The translations under genes were made by a program, and so were the position numbers. A stretch of 64,000 nucleotides of DNA from an uncultured Anaerolineales bacterium. GTDB lineage: Bacteria; Chloroflexota; Anaerolineae; CG2-30-64-16. This document shows positions 16,364-26,259 of this stretch, one piece after another. The stretch is taken from contig CAZKEF010000001.1 of assembly GCA_964551735.1 (NCBI GenBank), positions 118,167 through 182,166 of the forward strand, written 5' to 3'. Position 1 is the stretch's first letter. Every line of letters starts with the position of its first letter. Below the pieces are notes generated by a model. It was not told where the DNA came from and did no database searches. It was given only the letters and a program-made list of their open reading frames with translations.

Positions 16364-16699
16364 ATGAACCGCTCAGTGCTGTGTGGTGTCAGATCTATCG
16401 GGATTGGCGTGGCGGTCGGGGCTTTCAGTGCCCTGCTGATCTGGTTGTCGGAAAACGAGTACGACTTTCCCAAAAGCTTCTGGGCAATTGCGGAACAAGT
16501 GTCGATGCTTTCCGCTTGCGTCGTTGGGCCGACCGCATTGACTGGTCTGGTATTCGGGATAATTGGCGTTGTGTCTGGCATCAGGCTACGTTCCTGGCTC
16601 GGATGCCTCTCGTCGGTTGTGGGATTTGTCTTGGTTCTCGTGGTCTCCTTCGCCTACCTGATGGGATGGACGTATACCGGTCCCTTTCGCCGCTGGTAG
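16364..16699 (+). CDS. hypothetical small membrane protein (about 4 TM)
   Basis: GGAG RBS and a hydrophobic profile. By eye, G+C is lower than in the neighbouring genes. Confidence 0.55.
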   Translation: MNRSVLCGVRSIGIGVAVGAFSALLIWLSENEYDFPKSFWAIAEQVSMLSACVVGPTALTGLVFGIIGVVSGIRLRSWLGCLSSVVGFVLVLVVSFAYLMGWTYTGPFRRW

Positions 16700-16816
16700 C
16701 TCAGGCGCCTCCTGTCAAGAACGGCAGGCGGCGATTTTCGGGGGAGAGTATCCTACTTTGGTATAGGACAAGCACGCCATTGGTATAAGCCAAAATACAA
16801 TCCAGAGTCTACCCCC

Positions 16817-16858
16817 AAACTCCTCGGCGGATGGATGCGCCCGAGGAGTTTTTCTTTT
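16817..16858 (+). terminator. rho-independent terminator
   Basis: AAACTCCTCGG / CCGAGGAGTTT 11-bp stem with a 13-nt loop, followed by TTTCTTTT. Confidence 0.65.
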
Positions 16859-16900
16859 ATAGTGGTCGCAGAGTAGAGGTAGATGTAGGAGCACAACGGT

Positions 16901-17326
16901 ATGAACCATCTCGTTTTTCTGAATGCCCAGGCTGGGGAGCTGGAGAGAATTCTGAGCGGCGTCAAGACCATGCTCGTGAAGGAACTCGATCCTGCACAGG
17001 ACGCGGCGCGGCCCGTGCGCCCGGGTGACAGCCTCTACTTCCTGAGGGACAAGGATGACTGCGCCGTGCGCGTGAAAGCAACCGTCGTGCGCGTTCTGTA
17101 CTGCGCCGGCGGCCAGGCCGAAGATCTATCCTTGATCTTGAAAGAGTTGCAGCCCAGGCTCCAACTCACCGAGGCACAGTACAATCATTGGGCCGCAAAG
17201 CAGCAGGCACTGCTGGTTGAGTTTGTGTCCGCTCAAAAGATCAGCGTGATCCAGGTTGCACCGGAGAAGACCGCAGACCGGTCGGACTGGATTGCTTTGG
17301 AGGATTTCAGTCTTGTTACGCCATAG
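16901..17326 (+). CDS. ASCH/PUA-like domain protein (hypothetical)
   Basis: AGGAG RBS. ..ILSGVKTMLVKE...RPGDSLYFL... resembles the ASCH beta-barrel motif. The assignment is tentative. Confidence 0.5.
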   Translation: MNHLVFLNAQAGELERILSGVKTMLVKELDPAQDAARPVRPGDSLYFLRDKDDCAVRVKATVVRVLYCAGGQAEDLSLILKELQPRLQLTEAQYNHWAAKQQALLVEFVSAQKISVIQVAPEKTADRSDWIALEDFSLVTP

Positions 17327-17381
17327 GAGGTTTTCCGTGAACAGCCAACTTCCACTCCAAAATGCAGGAAAGGGGGTCCCT

Positions 17382-18518
17382 ATGTTTGACAAGAAAGGCG
17401 TCTTCTGGTTTCTCGGCCTCACCTTCGGCCTGACCTACCTGATCGACCTGGTCATCTACCTGCGCGGCGGTCTGACCAGTCCAGGATGGTACAACGCTAT
17501 CTGGCTGACGGGGATGTTGCCTGCCTTCAGCGCCATCCTGCTCGGGTTGTTCTTCCTCCCCGCGAGCCCCATCTACCACAAGCGGCCCGCCGGCCGGGGA
17601 CGGTGGTTCTACTACTTCTTCCTGCTGTACACGGCCATCATCGCTATCGGCGTGATCAGCATCTGGCTGGTTCCATCGGATCGAACGATCGAGCTGGTCA
17701 CCATCGCCCCCCAGTTTGTGATGATTGCAGGGCTGCTCCTGCTCGTCGTGCTCCGCTTCACCGCAGGTCGCGAGGCCATGGCTCGCGTCTGGCTTTCGTG
17801 GGGCAACTGGCGCTACTGGCTGCTCTTTGGCCTGGCATACGTTGCTTTTTACGTCCTGCAGCCGGCGCTCAATGCCCTCTTCGGCCTGGGCCCGTCAGAA
17901 ATGGTGCTTAGACCCGCTCCGCAGGGCTCCAACCCGTATCTATACACGATCCTTACCGCAGGGGGGACGGTGCTGCTTGGCTCGGTTCTGTCGATCGTCA
18001 ACCTGTTCGGCGAGGAATACGGCTGGCGGGGATATCTGCAAAGCGAGCTGTTCAAGCTGGGCCGGGTGCGCGGCGCCCTCCTGCTGGGCGTGATCTGGGG
18101 CGCCTATCACTGGCCGGTCATCCTCATGGGCTGGAACTATCCGGGTTATCCGCTGCCCGGCCTGCTGCTGATGGTGCTTTATTGCACCACCGAAGGGATC
18201 GTGCTGAGCTACGCCGTGCTCAAGTCGGGCAGTGTTCTGCTGGCTGCCTTCCTGCACGCCGTCGGTAACGTGATTATGTCGCCTATTGTGGAGATGGGCT
18301 TCATGCCGTTCAACAGGGTTTTTACCTTTTTCAACGGCATTTACGGGATCGCGACTCTGGCCATCATCGCCTTTTTCATCCTGCGCGACCCTATCTGGCG
18401 GGAGAAGGGCGGCAACCTGGCCCAACCCGCGCCTGCACCGGCTGATGTAGCTTTGTCTGAATATCCCGCAGCGGTCGAGAAAGCCGCTGACCAGACCCGA
18501 CTTGGTACCGCCTCGTGA
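17382..18518 (+). CDS. CPBP-family intramembrane metalloprotease (CAAX protease / bacteriocin-processing family)
   Basis: Motifs FGEEYGWRGYLQ, GAYHWP and FLHAVGNV, with multiple TM segments. ATG 17382. Confidence 0.85.
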   Translation: MFDKKGVFWFLGLTFGLTYLIDLVIYLRGGLTSPGWYNAIWLTGMLPAFSAILLGLFFLPASPIYHKRPAGRGRWFYYFFLLYTAIIAIGVISIWLVPSDRTIELVTIAPQFVMIAGLLLLVVLRFTAGREAMARVWLSWGNWRYWLLFGLAYVAFYVLQPALNALFGLGPSEMVLRPAPQGSNPYLYTILTAGGTVLLGSVLSIVNLFGEEYGWRGYLQSELFKLGRVRGALLLGVIWGAYHWPVILMGWNYPGYPLPGLLLMVLYCTTEGIVLSYAVLKSGSVLLAAFLHAVGNVIMSPIVEMGFMPFNRVFTFFNGIYGIATLAIIAFFILRDPIWREKGGNLAQPAPAPADVALSEYPAAVEKAADQTRLGTAS

Positions 18519-18533
18519 AAGGAGCGAAGCGAA

Positions 18534-19430
18534 ATGAAACCCTCTGATTCTTTGGTGCTGGAAACTCGTGACCTGAGCAAGGCCTACAAGGGGGTGCAGG
18601 CCCTCAAGGATTTCGACCTGAAACTGACCCCGGGCATCCTCGGCCTGTTGGGCCCCAACGGGGCAGGCAAGTCCACCCTGATGCGCATGCTGGCAACCAT
18701 CACCACCCCCACCGAGGGGACCATCCTGTGGAACGGCCAGGATGTGGTCAAAGATCCGGAGGCGCTGCGTTCGGTGCTGGGCTACCTGCCGCAGGACTTC
18801 GGCGTCTACCCCAACCTGTCGGCTCAGGAGTTCCTCGAATACATGGCAGCCATCAAGGGCATGAGCGGCGAAAAGGCCCGCCGGAAGATCTCCGGCCTAC
18901 TGGACCTGGTCAACCTGCGCGACGCGGCCCGCAGGCCGCTGGGCGGCTATTCCGGCGGGATGCGCCAGCGCGTGGGCATCGCCCAGGCGCTGCTGAACGA
19001 TCCGCAGCTATTGATCGTGGACGAGCCGACCGTGGGGCTGGACCCCGAGGAGCGGGTGCGCTTCCGCAACCTGCTCTCGGATCTGGCCGGCGAACGGATC
19101 GTCATCCTCTCCACGCATATCGTCTCGGATGTGGAGTCAACCGCCACGGACATCGCCATCATCCACAAGGGACATCTGAAAATCCGCGCCCAGCCGGAAC
19201 AACTGCTCAAACAGATGGAAGGCTCCGTGTGGGAATGGATGGCCACCAGCCAGGAGCTGCCCGCGCTCAAACAGCAGTTCCTGGTCAGCGGCACGATCCG
19301 GCGCATGGATGGGGTTGAGGTGCGAGCAGTGTCCGCGACACAGCCCTGCTCACAGGCCCGGCCGGTGACGCCCAACCTGGAGGATGTGTACCTCGCGACA
19401 GTGGCGCAGCGTCAAGGAGGTCCGGCATGA
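18534..19430 (+). CDS. ABC transporter ATP-binding protein (ABC-2 type)
   Basis: Walker A GPNGAGKST, signature YSGGMRQR and Walker B LLIVDEPT. Confidence 0.92.
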   Translation: MKPSDSLVLETRDLSKAYKGVQALKDFDLKLTPGILGLLGPNGAGKSTLMRMLATITTPTEGTILWNGQDVVKDPEALRSVLGYLPQDFGVYPNLSAQEFLEYMAAIKGMSGEKARRKISGLLDLVNLRDAARRPLGGYSGGMRQRVGIAQALLNDPQLLIVDEPTVGLDPEERVRFRNLLSDLAGERIVILSTHIVSDVESTATDIAIIHKGHLKIRAQPEQLLKQMEGSVWEWMATSQELPALKQQFLVSGTIRRMDGVEVRAVSATQPCSQARPVTPNLEDVYLATVAQRQGGPA

Positions 19431-21052
19431 AAACCCTACGCGTCCTCTACCACCTGGCACTGGCCGATTTCTACGAGCGCACCCGGCGTTCCCGCTTTCT
19501 GCTGACCCTGGCGGCCGTCATCGTCATGGGTGTGCTGGTCAACAACGGCACGTTGTTCCTGGCCCTGACGCCGGGCGACGCGCACTTGCCAGGATATCGA
19601 GGCGAATTCAACTCGGCCTGGATCGGCACGATGACCGTACTGATCATCAACTTCCTCCTGAGCCTGTTCAGCTTTTACCTGGTCAACGACTGCATCGAGC
19701 GCGACACCCGCACAGGCGTGGGGCAGATCATCGCCACCACACCGGTGCGGCGGGTGACTTACCTGGTCGGGAAGTGGATCAGCAACATGGCGGTGCTCTT
19801 CGTGCTGGTGCTGATCCTGACGGCTGCGGCGGCGATCATGGTGCTGCTCAAACGGGAAGCCGCTCTGGACCTGGGAGCCCTGGTGATGCCGTTCTTCGCC
19901 GTCGCGCTCCCCTGCATGGCGCTGATCGCCGCGCTCGCTGTAGTGTTCGAGACCGTGCCCTGGCTGCGCGGTGCGGTGGGCAACGCCCTCTACTTCTTCC
20001 TGTGGATCGCCTTACTCCTGGCCTCGTTTCAACGGTGGGAGGCGCTGCCCCTCCTCAGGGACCCGATAGGCATTGGCGTCTTTCGCGCGTCCCTGTACGC
20101 GGGGGCCCGCGCGGCCTTTCCCAACGAAACGATCAGTGGGATGAGCATCGGGATACCCATCGCTGGCAGCCAATACAAGGTCTTCGACTGGCCCGGGCTG
20201 GCCTGGGTGCCGGGCAGCGCGGGCGGGCAGTGGCTGTGGGCGGTCTTCGGCCTGGCACTGATCCTGCTCTCGGCGCTCTGGTTCGCGCGCTTCGACCCCT
20301 CGCGGGAAGGGCTGCGGCGCACGCGGGAGCAGACCGGGGAAGCCAAAGAAGGCGAGCCGGCAGCGCCGCGGAAGAAAGCTCTCGGCGCCGCGCTGCTCGA
20401 ACGTCTCTCGCCTGTCTCCAGACTGGCGGAACTGTTCGACCTTTCGCCGCTCGTCTCAAGACTGGCCCAGGTGAACCCCTTCCTGGGGGTGCTGTTTGCC
20501 GAGCTGCGCCTGCTGCTCAACGGCCGCCGCTGGTGGTGGTGGCTCGTCATGGCCGGGTTGAACATCGCCATCCTCATCGCCCCGTTCTCGATGGCGAAGT
20601 CATACCTGCTGCCCATCGCCTGGCTGTGGCCGCTGCCCATCTGGTCTGAGATGGGCAACCGCGAGCGGAAGAAGAACACCTACCAGATGGTCTTTTCTTC
20701 GAGTCGCCCGGTGCTGCGCCAGCTTCCGGCTGCCTGGCTGGCCGGCATCCTGGCGACGGTGCTGTTCGGCATTGGTGGGGCGGTGCTTTTCCTCGTGCAC
20801 GGCGACCTGCCCGGCCTGGCCGGGTGGGCCGGCGCAGTGATCTTCGTCCCCACCCTGGCCCTGGCGCTGGGCGTCACCTCCTCCGGCAGCCGGGTCTTTG
20901 AGGTGGCTTACGTGATCTGGTGGTACCTCGGCCCGCTGCAAAAGATGGCGGGAACCGACTTCATCAGCGGACCGCCTCTGGTCTACCTGCTGGCGGCCGC
21001 CGGGCTGCTGCTGCTCTCCGCGTTCTGGCGGGGCAGGCAGGTGCGGGTATAG
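19427..21052 (+). CDS. large polytopic membrane protein, putative permease partner of 18534..19430
   Basis: ATGA start/stop overlap with the ATPase gene. About 10 or more TM segments. No specific family recognised. Confidence 0.7.
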   Translation: MKTLRVLYHLALADFYERTRRSRFLLTLAAVIVMGVLVNNGTLFLALTPGDAHLPGYRGEFNSAWIGTMTVLIINFLLSLFSFYLVNDCIERDTRTGVGQIIATTPVRRVTYLVGKWISNMAVLFVLVLILTAAAAIMVLLKREAALDLGALVMPFFAVALPCMALIAALAVVFETVPWLRGAVGNALYFFLWIALLLASFQRWEALPLLRDPIGIGVFRASLYAGARAAFPNETISGMSIGIPIAGSQYKVFDWPGLAWVPGSAGGQWLWAVFGLALILLSALWFARFDPSREGLRRTREQTGEAKEGEPAAPRKKALGAALLERLSPVSRLAELFDLSPLVSRLAQVNPFLGVLFAELRLLLNGRRWWWWLVMAGLNIAILIAPFSMAKSYLLPIAWLWPLPIWSEMGNRERKKNTYQMVFSSSRPVLRQLPAAWLAGILATVLFGIGGAVLFLVHGDLPGLAGWAGAVIFVPTLALALGVTSSGSRVFEVAYVIWWYLGPLQKMAGTDFISGPPLVYLLAAAGLLLLSAFWRGRQVRV

Positions 21053-21075
21053 AGTTCAGGAAAGGAGCTGGGAAA

Positions 21076-22041
21076 ATGGACCCCTGCAATTCGCCGGTAA
21101 TCGAAACACACAACCTGAGCAAGACCTACCGAGGGGTGCAGGCCCTGACGGGCCTCAACCTGACGGTCCCGCAGCACTCGATCTTCGGCTTCCTGGGGCC
21201 GAACGGCGCAGGCAAGACGACGACGATGAAACTGCTGCTGGGCCTCATCCGGCCGACGAGCGGCGGCGGCACGGTGTTCGGCCAGGACATCGTCCGCGAC
21301 AGCGTTGCCATCCGCAGCCGCGTCGGGTATCTGCCCCAACAGCCCCGCTTTGGGGATCACATGAGCGCCCGCGAGGCGCTGGACTTCACGGCTCGCTTCT
21401 TCTTCAGCGGCCCTCGGGCCAAGATCGAGGCGAGGGTGGAGGAGATGCTGGAGCTGGTTGGCCTGGAGGACAAAGCCGATCGACCGGTGAACGGTTTCTC
21501 GGGCGGCGAGCGCCAGCGCCTGGGGCTGGCCCTGGCGCAGGTCAACTACCCTGACCTGCTCGTCCTGGACGAGCCGGCCTCGGCCCTGGACCCCATCGGC
21601 CGCCACGACGTCCTGGAGGTGATGGAGCGGCTGCGGGCGCACACCACCATCTTCTACTCGACCCACATCCTCAATGATGTGCAACAGGTGAGCGACACGG
21701 TGGCCATCCTCAACCGCGGCAAGCTGGTGGCCCAGGGGCCCATCGAGACCCTGCTGGCCGGGGGCGGCGCGCCGGTCTACACCCTGTCGCTGAAGGGCGA
21801 TGGCAGCCGCGCCCTGGCCCGCATCCGGGCCTTGCCGTGGGTGTCCGGCGTCCGCGAGACGGCGCGCAACGGTCATGTGACCTGGGAGATCAGCGTCACC
21901 GACGGGGGGGCCGCCGAGGCCCAACTGCTGGGCCAGGTGCTGGCCGGCGAGGCGCTTACCGTCGTCGAGTTCAGCCGCAAGAAATATGAGCTGGAAGAGA
22001 TCTTCATGAGCATTGTCGAAGGAGGACAAGATGGTCGCTAA
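21076..22041 (+). CDS. ABC transporter ATP-binding protein (ABC-2 type)
   Basis: Walker A GPNGAGKTT, signature FSGGERQR and Walker B LLVLDEPA. ATG 21076 follows AAAGGAG. Confidence 0.92.
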   Translation: MDPCNSPVIETHNLSKTYRGVQALTGLNLTVPQHSIFGFLGPNGAGKTTTMKLLLGLIRPTSGGGTVFGQDIVRDSVAIRSRVGYLPQQPRFGDHMSAREALDFTARFFFSGPRAKIEARVEEMLELVGLEDKADRPVNGFSGGERQRLGLALAQVNYPDLLVLDEPASALDPIGRHDVLEVMERLRAHTTIFYSTHILNDVQQVSDTVAILNRGKLVAQGPIETLLAGGGAPVYTLSLKGDGSRALARIRALPWVSGVRETARNGHVTWEISVTDGGAAEAQLLGQVLAGEALTVVEFSRKKYELEEIFMSIVEGGQDGR

Positions 22042-22825
22042 TACTGAGCTTCAACGCGTGAGAACGAGCGGCTGGCGCGCCGGCCTGGCCAACCTGCTGG
22101 GCAAAGAGAACCGCGTCTGGTGGGCCACGCGACGCTGGCTGGTGCATATCGTGGTGTGGACCGTCATCGTTAACGGCATGGTTGCGGCGATGGTGTTCGC
22201 CCTGGCGCCTATGGTCGGCGCGGATCCCCGTGGAATCGGCGTCGACATGCTGATGAAGTTCGGGGGCATGGCTGTAGCGGTCGGCGCCATCATCCTGGTG
22301 CACGATGCGACCATCGGGGAGCGCCAGCTGGGCGTCACCGAGTGGCTGCTGTCCAAGCCCGTGTCGCGGCCGGCCTATGTGCTGTCCAAGCTGTTTGCAC
22401 ACAGTCTCGCCGTCCTGGTCATCCTGGTGGGCGTGCAGACCGCGCTGGGCTATGGCCTGCTCTGGCTGGCCGCGGGCGAGCCGCTGCCCCTGGGGCCCTT
22501 CCTGACCGGCGTGGCCGGCCTGGCGGTGAACGCGCTCTTCTTCCTGACCTTGACGCTGATGCTGGGCGTGCTGACCGCCAACCGGATCACCCTGCTGGGC
22601 GGGTCGTTGGGCGTGGCACTGCTGGGGTTTATGGCCGTGCCGTTGGGAGCGACCGCAAGCGCGTTCGTGATGCTGACGCCTTTCGCGCTGATCCACGTTC
22701 TGCCGGCCGCCGTCCTGGGGGCGCCATTGCCGCTGTCTATCTGGCTGACCATCGGCGTGACTGCCATCCTATCGGTCATCTTTGTGGTTGTGACCCTCGC
22801 CAGGTTTGAGCGGCTGGAGTTCTAG
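22031..22825 (+). CDS. ABC-2 family permease
   Basis: 6-TM profile. GAAGGAGGA RBS before ATG 22031 (alternative start 22013). Overlaps the ATPase gene. Confidence 0.75.
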   Translation: MVANTELQRVRTSGWRAGLANLLGKENRVWWATRRWLVHIVVWTVIVNGMVAAMVFALAPMVGADPRGIGVDMLMKFGGMAVAVGAIILVHDATIGERQLGVTEWLLSKPVSRPAYVLSKLFAHSLAVLVILVGVQTALGYGLLWLAAGEPLPLGPFLTGVAGLAVNALFFLTLTLMLGVLTANRITLLGGSLGVALLGFMAVPLGATASAFVMLTPFALIHVLPAAVLGAPLPLSIWLTIGVTAILSVIFVVVTLARFERLEF

Positions 22826-22834
22826 CGGATGGGT

Positions 22835-22882
22835 AGATCAGGCTCCCATGCCGCCGAAGCGTCTGGCGTGGGAGCCTGATCT
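22835..22882 (+). terminator. perfect 14-bp stem hairpin after the ABC operon
   Basis: AGATCAGGCTCCCA (22835..22848) pairs with TGGGAGCCTGATCT (22869..22882). The T-rich tail (GCTGTTCTT) is only weak. Confidence 0.5.
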
Positions 22883-22908
22883 GCTGTTCTTCCCAGCCTT
22901 GACCATGC

Positions 22909-22937
22909 TTGCCAACCGCCCCTTGCTGTTGCATAAT
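22909..22937 (+). promoter_or_regulatory. candidate promoter TTGCCA-17-CATAAT
   Basis: -35 at 22909..22914 and -10 at 22932..22937, 50 nt upstream of ATG 22988. Confidence 0.4.
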
Positions 22938-22987
22938 GGCGCGCGCGGTTGTTGTTCTCATCACCGGATGAGCAACGGGAGGCGCGC

Positions 22988-25732
22988 ATGGCTCTTACTC
23001 TGCTCGCAACCAAGCTCCACAGGCCGTGGCCGGCCGCTGGCCTGCTGGCGCGGGCCCGCCTGACCCAGCGCCTCGACGCAGGGTTGCGCAACGACCACCG
23101 CCTGTTCCTGGTCGTCGCGCCGGCGGGCTATGGCAAAACGACACTGATCACGGACTGGCTGGGCAAAACCGGCAACCCTTGCGCCTGGCTCTCGGTGGAC
23201 GAGGCCGACAACGACCCGCACCGTTTCTTCAGCTACATCGTGGCTGCTCTACAAACGCTCGGCCTGGACGTGGGCCAGCCGTTTCTGGACGCGTTCCCCG
23301 CGCTGCCTCAGTCCCCCGAAGCACTCGTCCATCCCTTGATCAATGAGGTCGCCGCCGCGAACCGGCCGATCATTCTGGCATTGGATGACTATCACCTGAT
23401 CACGAACACCCTGATCCAGGACGCGATGGCGTTCTTGCTCGAACATGCCCCGCCGAACCTGCGCCTGGTCGTGCTGACCCGCGCCGATCCGCCTTTCTCG
23501 CTGCCGCGGCTGCGCGTGCGTGAGCTGATGACCGAGGTGCGGGATCGCGATCTGCGCTTCACGCCCGAGGAGATGGCGGCTTTCCTGAACATCTTTCATC
23601 GTCTGAGCTTGCCTGCCGACCAGATCGCGGCGCTCGAAGCGCGCACCGAGGGTTGGCCCGCCGGGGTGCAGTTGGCCGCCTTGTCGCTCCAGGGGAGCAG
23701 CGCAGAGCAGGCCGCGCAGTTCATCGCGGCGTTCAGCGGCAGCCACCACTACATCATGGACTATCTCTTCGACGAGGTTCTTCGCCGCCAGCCGGACGAT
23801 GTACGCGGGTTCCTGCTGCAAACGTCCATCCTCGACCGCATGTGTGCGCCCTTGTGCGAGGGGGTACTGTACAGAGGGGCAGAGGAGCAGGGGGGCAAGG
23901 GAGCAGGGGCAGCTTCTCCATCGCTTCCCACCGCCCTTTCTCCCCTCCCCCCCTTCTCCCTCCCTCAGGCCATCCTCGAACACCTCGAGCACTCCCATCT
24001 GTTCCTGATTCCGCTCGACGACGAGCGGCGCTGGTATCGCTATCACCCCCTTTTCATGGACGCTTTGCGACAACTGCTGGGCGCCTCCTTCCAGCCAGCG
24101 CAGATCGCTGGCCTGCACCGCCGCGCCAGTGGTTGGTTCAGGCAAAACGGGTTCGTCGCCGAAGCGGTTCACCACGCGCTGCGGGCAGGCGATCACCGAT
24201 GGGCTGCCCAGGTTGTGGAGGAAAACGCGTGGGCGATGGTGCGGCATGGGGAACTCGCCACCCTGGAGCAGTGGCTTCTCGCGTTGCCTGATGACGCTAT
24301 TGCGGCACATCCCTGGCTGCGCATCTACTACGCGTGGGCGCTGTTGTTTCAAGACGCACGAGCCGCAGAAGGCCAGTTGCAGGCAGTTGAACATCGGCCA
24401 CAGGCAAGGGACAGGACCACTCTGCCGGCAGAGATGCAGGGTCATATCACAGCCATCCGGGCCTGGATTGCCTACCTGAACGGCGACGCCGACCGCGCGG
24501 TCCTCCTGTCCCGCCAGGCGCTGGAAGATTACCCACAGATGGATGCGGCTGTCAGCAGCGGATTGGTGGCGATCACGGGGGAAGGGTGTCTGCTGCGAAA
24601 CGACTTCCCTGGCGGGTTGCGCGCCTACGCCGAGGCTGCCGAGCTGGCCCGTTCGAGCGGCAACATCATGCTGGAAGTCGCCGCGCGCACCTCGCTGGGG
24701 GATGTGACCGAGTGGATGGGGCGTCTGCGCGAGGCGGAGGCGATCTACCAGGAAGCGCTGCGGAAATCCTTGCAGCACAAGTCTCCTGCGGCGGCGCAGG
24801 CGTATCTCTGCCTGGCTGGCGTACATCGCGAGTGGAACGAACTGGCGTCTGCTAAGTTTTTCGCCGAGAGAACCATCGAATCGAGTCGCATGTGGGGAGT
24901 CGCAGATACGCTGGCATGTGGCTATATCACTTTGGCGGATATACTTCAGGCGCAGCATGATGTCGCTGGGGCGAATCGCGCCCTGGCAGAAGCGAACCAG
25001 ATCATCAACGAGCATCCCCACGAGGTGCGCTCCGTACGGTGGATCGGCGCCGTTCGTGCAAGGCTGTGGCTGGCGCAGGGCAAGCTGGATGACGCCCGCC
25101 GCTGGGCTGAGTCACGCGAGCTGAACGCAGAAACGGAGCCCGATCTCCGGCACGAGGTCGAATTGCTTGCATTGGTGCGCATACTTCTGGCAGAAGGCCG
25201 GCTGGATCGAGCGCTTCATTTGGTAGCGCGCCTTCAGACCGCGATAGAATCCACAGGACGGCAGGGCAGCTTGATCGAGGCCCTGGTTCTCCGAGCGGTC
25301 GCGCTGGAGGCGCAGGCAAACAAGCCATCTGCCCTCCTCACCTTGGCGCAAGCCTTGAGCCTCGCGCGCCCCGAAGGCTACGTGCGCGTGTTTCTCGATG
25401 AAGGCAAGCCGATGGAGCGCTTGCTGAAAGCTGCGATCACCCAATGGAAAGACCAAGACCTCCTTGCCTACGCCCGCAAACTGCTGGCAGCCTTCAACGA
25501 TGACATCGAGCCAACCCCCTCGGCTCAGCCACCGCATCCAGGCATCCTGAGCGAGCGCGAGCTGGAAGTGCTGCGCCTGATGGCGGCCGGTCGCTCGAAC
25601 CAGGAGATCGCCGATGCGCTGGTCATCGCCATCGGGACGGCCAAGCGGCACACCGCTAACATCTTCGATCGGCTGGATGTGCGCAACCGCACCGAAGCGG
25701 TGGCCAAAGCGCGGCAGTTGCGCCTGCTCTGA
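22988..25732 (+). CDS. LAL/MalT-type large ATP-binding LuxR-family transcriptional regulator
   Basis: N-terminal P-loop [12 protein letters not shown], Walker B ILALDDYH, a long TPR-like helical middle, and a C-terminal Lux[49 protein letters not shown]. Confidence 0.9.
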   Translation: MALTLLATKLHRPWPAAGLLARARLTQRLDAGLRNDHRLFLVVAPAGYGKTTLITDWLGKTGNPCAWLSVDEADNDPHRFFSYIVAALQTLGLDVGQPFLDAFPALPQSPEALVHPLINEVAAANRPIILALDDYHLITNTLIQDAMAFLLEHAPPNLRLVVLTRADPPFSLPRLRVRELMTEVRDRDLRFTPEEMAAFLNIFHRLSLPADQIAALEARTEGWPAGVQLAALSLQGSSAEQAAQFIAAFSGSHHYIMDYLFDEVLRRQPDDVRGFLLQTSILDRMCAPLCEGVLYRGAEEQGGKGAGAASPSLPTALSPLPPFSLPQAILEHLEHSHLFLIPLDDERRWYRYHPLFMDALRQLLGASFQPAQIAGLHRRASGWFRQNGFVAEAVHHALRAGDHRWAAQVVEENAWAMVRHGELATLEQWLLALPDDAIAAHPWLRIYYAWALLFQDARAAEGQLQAVEHRPQARDRTTLPAEMQGHITAIRAWIAYLNGDADRAVLLSRQALEDYPQMDAAVSSGLVAITGEGCLLRNDFPGGLRAYAEAAELARSSGNIMLEVAARTSLGDVTEWMGRLREAEAIYQEALRKSLQHKSPAAAQAYLCLAGVHREWNELASAKFFAERTIESSRMWGVADTLACGYITLADILQAQHDVAGANRALAEANQIINEHPHEVRSVRWIGAVRARLWLAQGKLDDARRWAESRELNAETEPDLRHEVELLALVRILLAEGRLDRALHLVARLQTAIESTGRQGSLIEALVLRAVALEAQANKPSALLTLAQALSLARPEGYVRVFLDEGKPMERLLKAAITQWKDQDLLAYARKLLAAFNDDIEPTPSAQPPHPGILSERELEVLRLMAAGRSNQEIADALVIAIGTAKRHTANIFDRLDVRNRTEAVAKARQLRLL
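23872..23968. repeat. purine-run/pyrimidine-run palindromic insert translated in frame inside the LAL regulator
   Basis: AGAGGGGCAGAGGAGCAGGGGGGCAAGGGAGCAGGGGCAG is followed by CTTCTCC..CCCTTTCTCCCCTCCCCCCCTTCTCCCTCCCTC. It encodes [31 protein letters not shown]. Confidence 0.6.
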
Positions 25733-25738
25733 AAAACA

Positions 25739-25773
25739 CCGACCGACGATCGGCGACCGCTGACCGCCGCATC
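25739..25773 (+). repeat. heptad-periodic tract (nnGAyCG x4-5)
   Basis: CCGACCG ACGATCG GCGACCG CTGACCG CCGCATC, directly after the LAL regulator stop. Confidence 0.6.
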
Positions 25774-25794
25774 ATCAGCGGCCGTGGCGACGCG

Positions 25795-25832
25795 TTTTTA
25801 AAGAAGCCCAGGGGATCCTGGGCTTCTTTTGC
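25795..25832 (+). terminator. rho-independent terminator (A/T tracts on both sides)
   Basis: TTTTTA-AAGAAGCCCAGG-GGAT-CCTGGGCTTCTT-TTG: a perfect 12-bp stem with a 4-nt loop. Confidence 0.7.
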
Positions 25833-25960
25833 TGCCCGCGACAGGATCAACCCCAGATACATATTTCGACACATGACAAGCAGGCCGGTTGAGGACTATG
25901 CTGTGTACGAACGAAGCGGAGACATCAAGCAGAAGTTCGAGCGACTGGAGTTCTGAAAGG

Positions 25961-26212
25961 ATGAACAAACAACCGTGGAGTCAACCACAGGTATACGAGA
26001 TCAGGTTTCAGGGCCACTTGAGCCTGCGCCGTGCGCAGATGTTCGAAGGCCTGGAAATGGTTCAAGAGCCAGGCGGCGACACCGTGCTGACCGGCCCGGT
26101 GCTCGACCAGGCGGCGCTGCACGGCATCCTGGCCAGGATCCGCGACCTGGGCGTGCCGCTGTTGTCAGTCAGGCGGTTGTCGGCGGATGACGCCGATGTA
26201 GATGCGATTTGA
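25961..26212 (+). CDS. small conserved hypothetical protein (83 aa)
   Basis: GAAAGG RBS. The ..YEIRFQGHL...GPVLDQAALHGILARIRDLGVPLLSV pattern recurs in GC-rich Gram-positive/Chloroflexi-type genomes. Function unknown. Confidence 0.6.
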   Translation: MNKQPWSQPQVYEIRFQGHLSLRRAQMFEGLEMVQEPGGDTVLTGPVLDQAALHGILARIRDLGVPLLSVRRLSADDADVDAI

Positions 26213-26259
26213 AATGCGTCGTGATTCCCAACCACCTTCATGTTCCGCAAGGAGAAAGG

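Noticed and set aside
23249-25021. 590-aa minus-strand ORF opposite the LAL regulator
   Set aside because: It is a shadow ORF of a gene with clear P-loop, TPR and LuxR motifs on the plus strand. Its own translation shows no family features and has no RBS.
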